A stretch of 64,000 bases of DNA from contig CBFFRQ010000096.1 in assembly GCA_965644315.1 (NCBI GenBank), positions 62,001 through 126,000 of the forward strand, written 5' to 3'. The position numbers were made by a program, and so were the translations under genes. Origin of the DNA: Caecitellus pseudoparvulus (taxonomy: Eukaryota > Protista > Bigyra: Bicosoecida). This document shows, piece by piece, positions 60,093 to 64,000 of this stretch (the stretch's first letter is position 1; each line of letters opens with the position of its first letter). The notes beneath the pieces are model-generated. The model searched no databases and was not told the DNA's origin. It saw only the letters and a list, made by a program, of their open reading frames with translations.

Positions 60093-62060
60093 ATGGCATC
60101 TTTTGCAGAGCGCATTCAGGCACGCAGGAAGCAGCAGTGGCAGTGAGTTGTGTCAGCGCGCAATGTCGCAGTGCTAAAACCGCGTCGGGAACACCGCTTC
60201 TGTGCCTGCCCGCATCACAGGTGCCCTTGCTGTGCGTCGTTCAACGACAACAAGTTCACCATTTGTGGCTCCTGCAGTGAGCCCAAGCCAGGGACTGCTG
60301 CCCCAGCCAAAACAATGGGGGTCAGTGCTGGCGCAGGCACTCTCTTTGCTGCGGCGCCCGCTCCCGCCACTGGGCAAGGCAGCGGAAGCTTGTTGGGCGG
60401 GGCTGGGAGCCTTCTGAGCGGTGGCAGCGGTAGCCTTCTTGGCGGCTCAAGCGGGGGGGGTGCTGGAGGCAGCTTGCTTGGCGCCGGTGGCGCCTCAGGC
60501 GGCAGTCTGCTGGCAGTGGGAGCCATGACCCAAGCACCTGCGGCGGCTGCTGGCGGCAGTGGCGGTGCCTCGCTGTTCGCTGCCAAGCCCCAGCAGACCC
60601 CTGCTGAGAAGGAGGCGGCCAAGGCAGCAAAGGAAGCAGCGGCAGCGGAGGCGCTGGGGTCCTACTTCACCCCGCCCGCCTCCGCGCCCATCAAGCCTGG
60701 CAAGACCCGGCCGAAGGACTTCGACCTGACCCAGCCCCTTCCCAAGCAAGCGGCAGGGGTGCCTGCAGGCGTCCCCTTCTCATGGGGCTGTGGCGACTGC
60801 GAGCAGCTGGGGCACGGCGATGACTTCCCAGAGGTCATGCACCCCATGCGCCTCGCCGCGGCGGACGCAGCCGGGGTGACTTTCGCTCGCATCGCCAGCG
60901 GCAGTGTGCACAACCTGGGCCTGACAGCTGCAGGCAGGGTGTGGGCATGGGGCTGCAATGATGACGGCGCCCTTGGCCGCAGCGACAAGCTGTCCTCGTC
61001 CCTGGAGCAGGTGACGGGGGGCGGCCTGGGGGAGGTGCGCGTGGTGGCCATCGCAGCTGGCGAGTGCCACTCCCTGGCCCTGGACGACAAGGGGGACGTC
61101 TGGTGGTGGGGCGCCTACAAGAGCCGTGAGGGGCACATGCAGCACGATGGGGAGGGGGGGGAGAAGGTGAGCACGACGCCCACGAAGGTGGCCCTGCACC
61201 GCTCCAAGTACGGCAAGCCGGTCAGCATCGCCAGCGGCCTGAACCACAGCATCGTCATCACGGACAAGGGCGTTGCGCTGAGTTGGGGCATGGGTGAAGT
61301 GGGGCAGTTGGGTCGCCCCGTCGTGTCCACGAACCTGCGGGGCCGCCGGCAGAACCGGGCCAAGCTGCTGCCCAACCCCATCCACGCGTGGAATGAGGGT
61401 GAGCGCCAGATCGCCAGCAAGTGCGTCAAGTGGGCTCGAGCCTGGGGTGTAGGATTCTCCACCTATCTGGAGGATGTAGACGGTCAGATCTGGGTCATGG
61501 GTCTCAGCAACTACGGCCAGCTGGGCTTGGGGGATGCTGACAACCGCCAGTGGCCTGAGCTCATGGGCCCGGCAGCTGATGGGACGAGTCTGCACGGGAG
61601 GCTGGAGTCTGTGGCTGCAGGGCAGCACTTTGCCCTTATTGTGACCAAGGACGGCGCGCTGTACGCGGCGGGACGTGGGGACTCGGGCCAGCTGGGCGTC
61701 TCTGCTGACGCCTCAGACAAGCCGCCGTTCGCTGCCGCCGCATGGAAGGCCACCCGTGTCCCGCAGCAGCACTTTGCTGGATCAGCCGTCGTGCACGCAG
61801 CTGGTGCAGGGTGCTTTTCTCTGGCCCTCACGGCCGATGGGACTGTGTGGTCGTGGGGATTCGGCGAAATGTCGCAGCTGGGCAACGGCACGGAAAAGGA
61901 CGAAGTGGTGCCCTTCAATGTCACTGCAGCTGCTGAGTCGCTGGCAGGCAAGCGAGTGCTGCAGCTGGCTGCGGGTGGGCAGCACTCAGTTGCATTGGTG
62001 GCGGATGGTGAAGAGCCCGGCGCCGCCGCCCCGGCTGCCAAGCGGGCCAGAAGAGGCTGA
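60093..62060 (+). CDS. RCC1: RCC1 (RanGEF) with an N-terminal RanBP2-type zinc finger, 2 exons
   Basis: Blades match RCC1 proper: WGCNDDGALGR, AGECHSLAL..WWWGAYK, GEVGQLGR, GLSNYGQLG, AGGQHSV. Intron 60143-60220 gives WQ|CPCC..N..CGSC. C-terminal PAAKRARR looks like an NLS. Confidence 0.85.
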
Positions 62061-62098
62061 GAGTGCTAGACACGCAGCAATGCAAAGGAGCGCCCAGC

Positions 62099-63837
62099 TC
62101 ACGTGCTGTCTTTGCGGTGCCCACCCTTCTCCAGCAACGGGGCAGAGTCCTCGCTGGGGAGGGAGGCGCGCACCTGCTTCGCGTATGCTGAGCCGATGGG
62201 GCTCGAGCCATGCAGTGCTCGTGCACGCTCTGCGAAGCGGAACTCCTGGCGCGACACAGACGCCTCCGCCATGGCGGACGCTGCTGCTTCCGCTGTGTTC
62301 ATGCTTCCGTCAGGCATGAGCACCCGACCTTGTTGGGACACCAAGCTGGCCCCCCTGCGTGGCTCCGCCTTTGCGTGGTGAAAAATGGGGCTTTGGTCCA
62401 CAGCAGACTTGTGCGACTGCTGGGCATCCCGCATCGTGAGGCGTGCAGGGGGGGGCTGGGAAGGCAAGGCAGCCGAAAGGGCCCCTCGCGCTGCAGCGGC
62501 ATGTGCTGCCGCCGGCGACACGCCAACAGCCGCGATGCCCGGCTTGGGTCCGGGGATGCCACCAGGCTGCCCGCGGCCGCGGTGGTCCAGGCCTGTGCCT
62601 GGGATGCGGGGGGTCTGGCCAAGGCTCACCCCGTCCTGGATGTACAGGCGGTGCTCAGCCAGCCACTTAGGGTTTGCAATGTCCAGGGCGGAAATCGCGC
62701 CTGGGCCTGCGAGCCCCGAGCCCTCCAAGTACGCCACGGCCTCTGATGGTGATAGGCTGCCGATGCTTGCCCGGGTGGCTGCCGCTCGATCGTAGCCGCC
62801 CAGCAAGCCCCTTGCCAGGTGCAACTTGGAGAAGTCCCCTTGAGAAATGAATCGGAGGGGCCCCTCCCGCCCCAGCACCGATGTTGTCAGCCCCTGCACG
62901 CCGGCCCTGAGGTCTGGATCGTCGGCCCATCCTCGCAGCAGTCGGGCTCGGACAGAGAGCAAGTGCTCCAGGCGGCTGGTGAGGGCTGTAGTGGCGTCGT
63001 CAATGGGTCCTCGGTGTGCACAGAACAACGTCGAGAGCTCCATGGTGGGGTCTTGCAAGATGCTCTCTAGTGTCCGAATGCCTGCCAGCACGTCCTCATC
63101 GAAGCGCGCCATTGAGGGGCGGGCTGTGACGAACAGGTCCGCCGCGAAAAGCCAGCCTGTCTCCGGCACATACACAACATGGTGATCAGGACAATGACCG
63201 GGTGCATGAACGAGCTTCAGCGTGTATGTCCCAGCGGAAGCGCCTGCGACTGGATCTGCGGTGTCCACAGTTGCGGTCAGAGCCGCAGGAGCAGGCGACG
63301 CCGAGTACGGGGCCGGCTTCCCCCAAACGACCCGACGGTACCACTCAAGGTGAAAGCCCTCTGCGAAGTCGAAGGTGTGGTGGCGAGTTGCAGGTCCTGG
63401 GCCCATGGCTGCAACCCCGCAGCGAACGCACCCCGCAGCAAAGCTGTGGACAGCTCTGGAGCCATGACCTGCATGCCGAACTCCTCTTGCAGAAGCTTGC
63501 CATTTCCAGCATGATCTGCATACGAACCATGCGGGAACAATGCATGGGTGCAGTTTGGTCAACCCTTTGGGCGTTGAACTCTACCTTCATGGTGGTGGGT
63601 GGCCAGTGCTGTGGAGACTTTCACGCCTTGGGAAGCCAATTTCCGCAAGTATTGCCTCACCCACCGCGCGTGGTTTGGAGCGCCAGTGTCCACCAGCGTG
63701 TCTCCCACACGATACATCCACACAGCTGTGTTCGGTGCCATTCCACTGATGCCCATGTGAACGCCCTCGACGCCCTCTACCATTGACTTGGTGAAAACAG
63801 GGGCCAGCCGGCTGGCTGCCCGAAGCATGCTGGCCAT
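62099..63837 (-). CDS. Metallo-beta-lactamase-fold hydrolase, 3 exons
   Basis: LVDTG, THHHE|DHAGN (HxHxDH split by intron 63516-63584), APGHCPDH, LFAADLF, FCAHRG. A second intron (GTGCGT...TCGCAG) joins ALLR|EGFHLEWYRRVVWGKP. Confidence 0.85.
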
Positions 63838-64000
63838 CCCTGGCCAGGGACAGCACCAGCCCTCAGCCTCAGGCGAGCGAAAACACAAGAACGTCCTTGA
63901 AGACTGGTTGCTGCATTGCCATGGATCGTGGTGAGGCAGCAGGGCAGAAGTATTGTGTTAATGGTCGGCCGGACATTCAACGCGTCTGGCTGCGGCGCTG

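Overview
This is eukaryotic nuclear DNA, not prokaryotic. It is GC-rich and very gene-dense, and I count about 21 protein genes. Introns are short GT-AG introns (mostly 62-106 nt, donors such as GTGCGT, GTGAGT and GTAAG) concentrated near gene 5' ends. Convergent genes nearly touch. An alpha-type outer-arm dynein plus ARMC2 and CCDC40 point to a ciliated non-opisthokont protist; a compact-genome stramenopile is plausible but is only an inference. Genes in order: IQ-like hypothetical (truncated), TTD14-like NTPase/CYTH, kelch-type outer-arm dynein heavy chain, TBC Rab-GAP, NDUFA2-like, Ala-rich hypothetical, multi-bromodomain protein, hypothetical, PSTK-like kinase, PYROXD1, GPR137-like 7TM, ARMC2, membrane hypothetical, MAPR/PGRMC, ornithine decarboxylase (ODC), RRP43, small coiled-coil protein, RBBP6/Mpe1-like protein with a 52 x 36-nt repeat, CCDC40, RCC1, and an MBL-fold hydrolase. 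I saw no tRNA, rRNA, CRISPR array or transposon. The best candidate for an undescribed system is translational control of the ODC gene. Its UAG is followed by a 7-nt spacer, a long hairpin and an 87-codon in-frame extension (candidate stop-codon readthrough), and its spliced 5' leader may carry a uORF whose stop overlaps the ODC start. Other notable items: two Ca2+-type C2 domains and a ~525-aa insert in the dynein, a RanBP2 zinc finger fused to RCC1, and the Tyr/Gly/Pro repeat tail on RBBP6. All family calls come from motif recognition by eye, and all splice sites are predictions.
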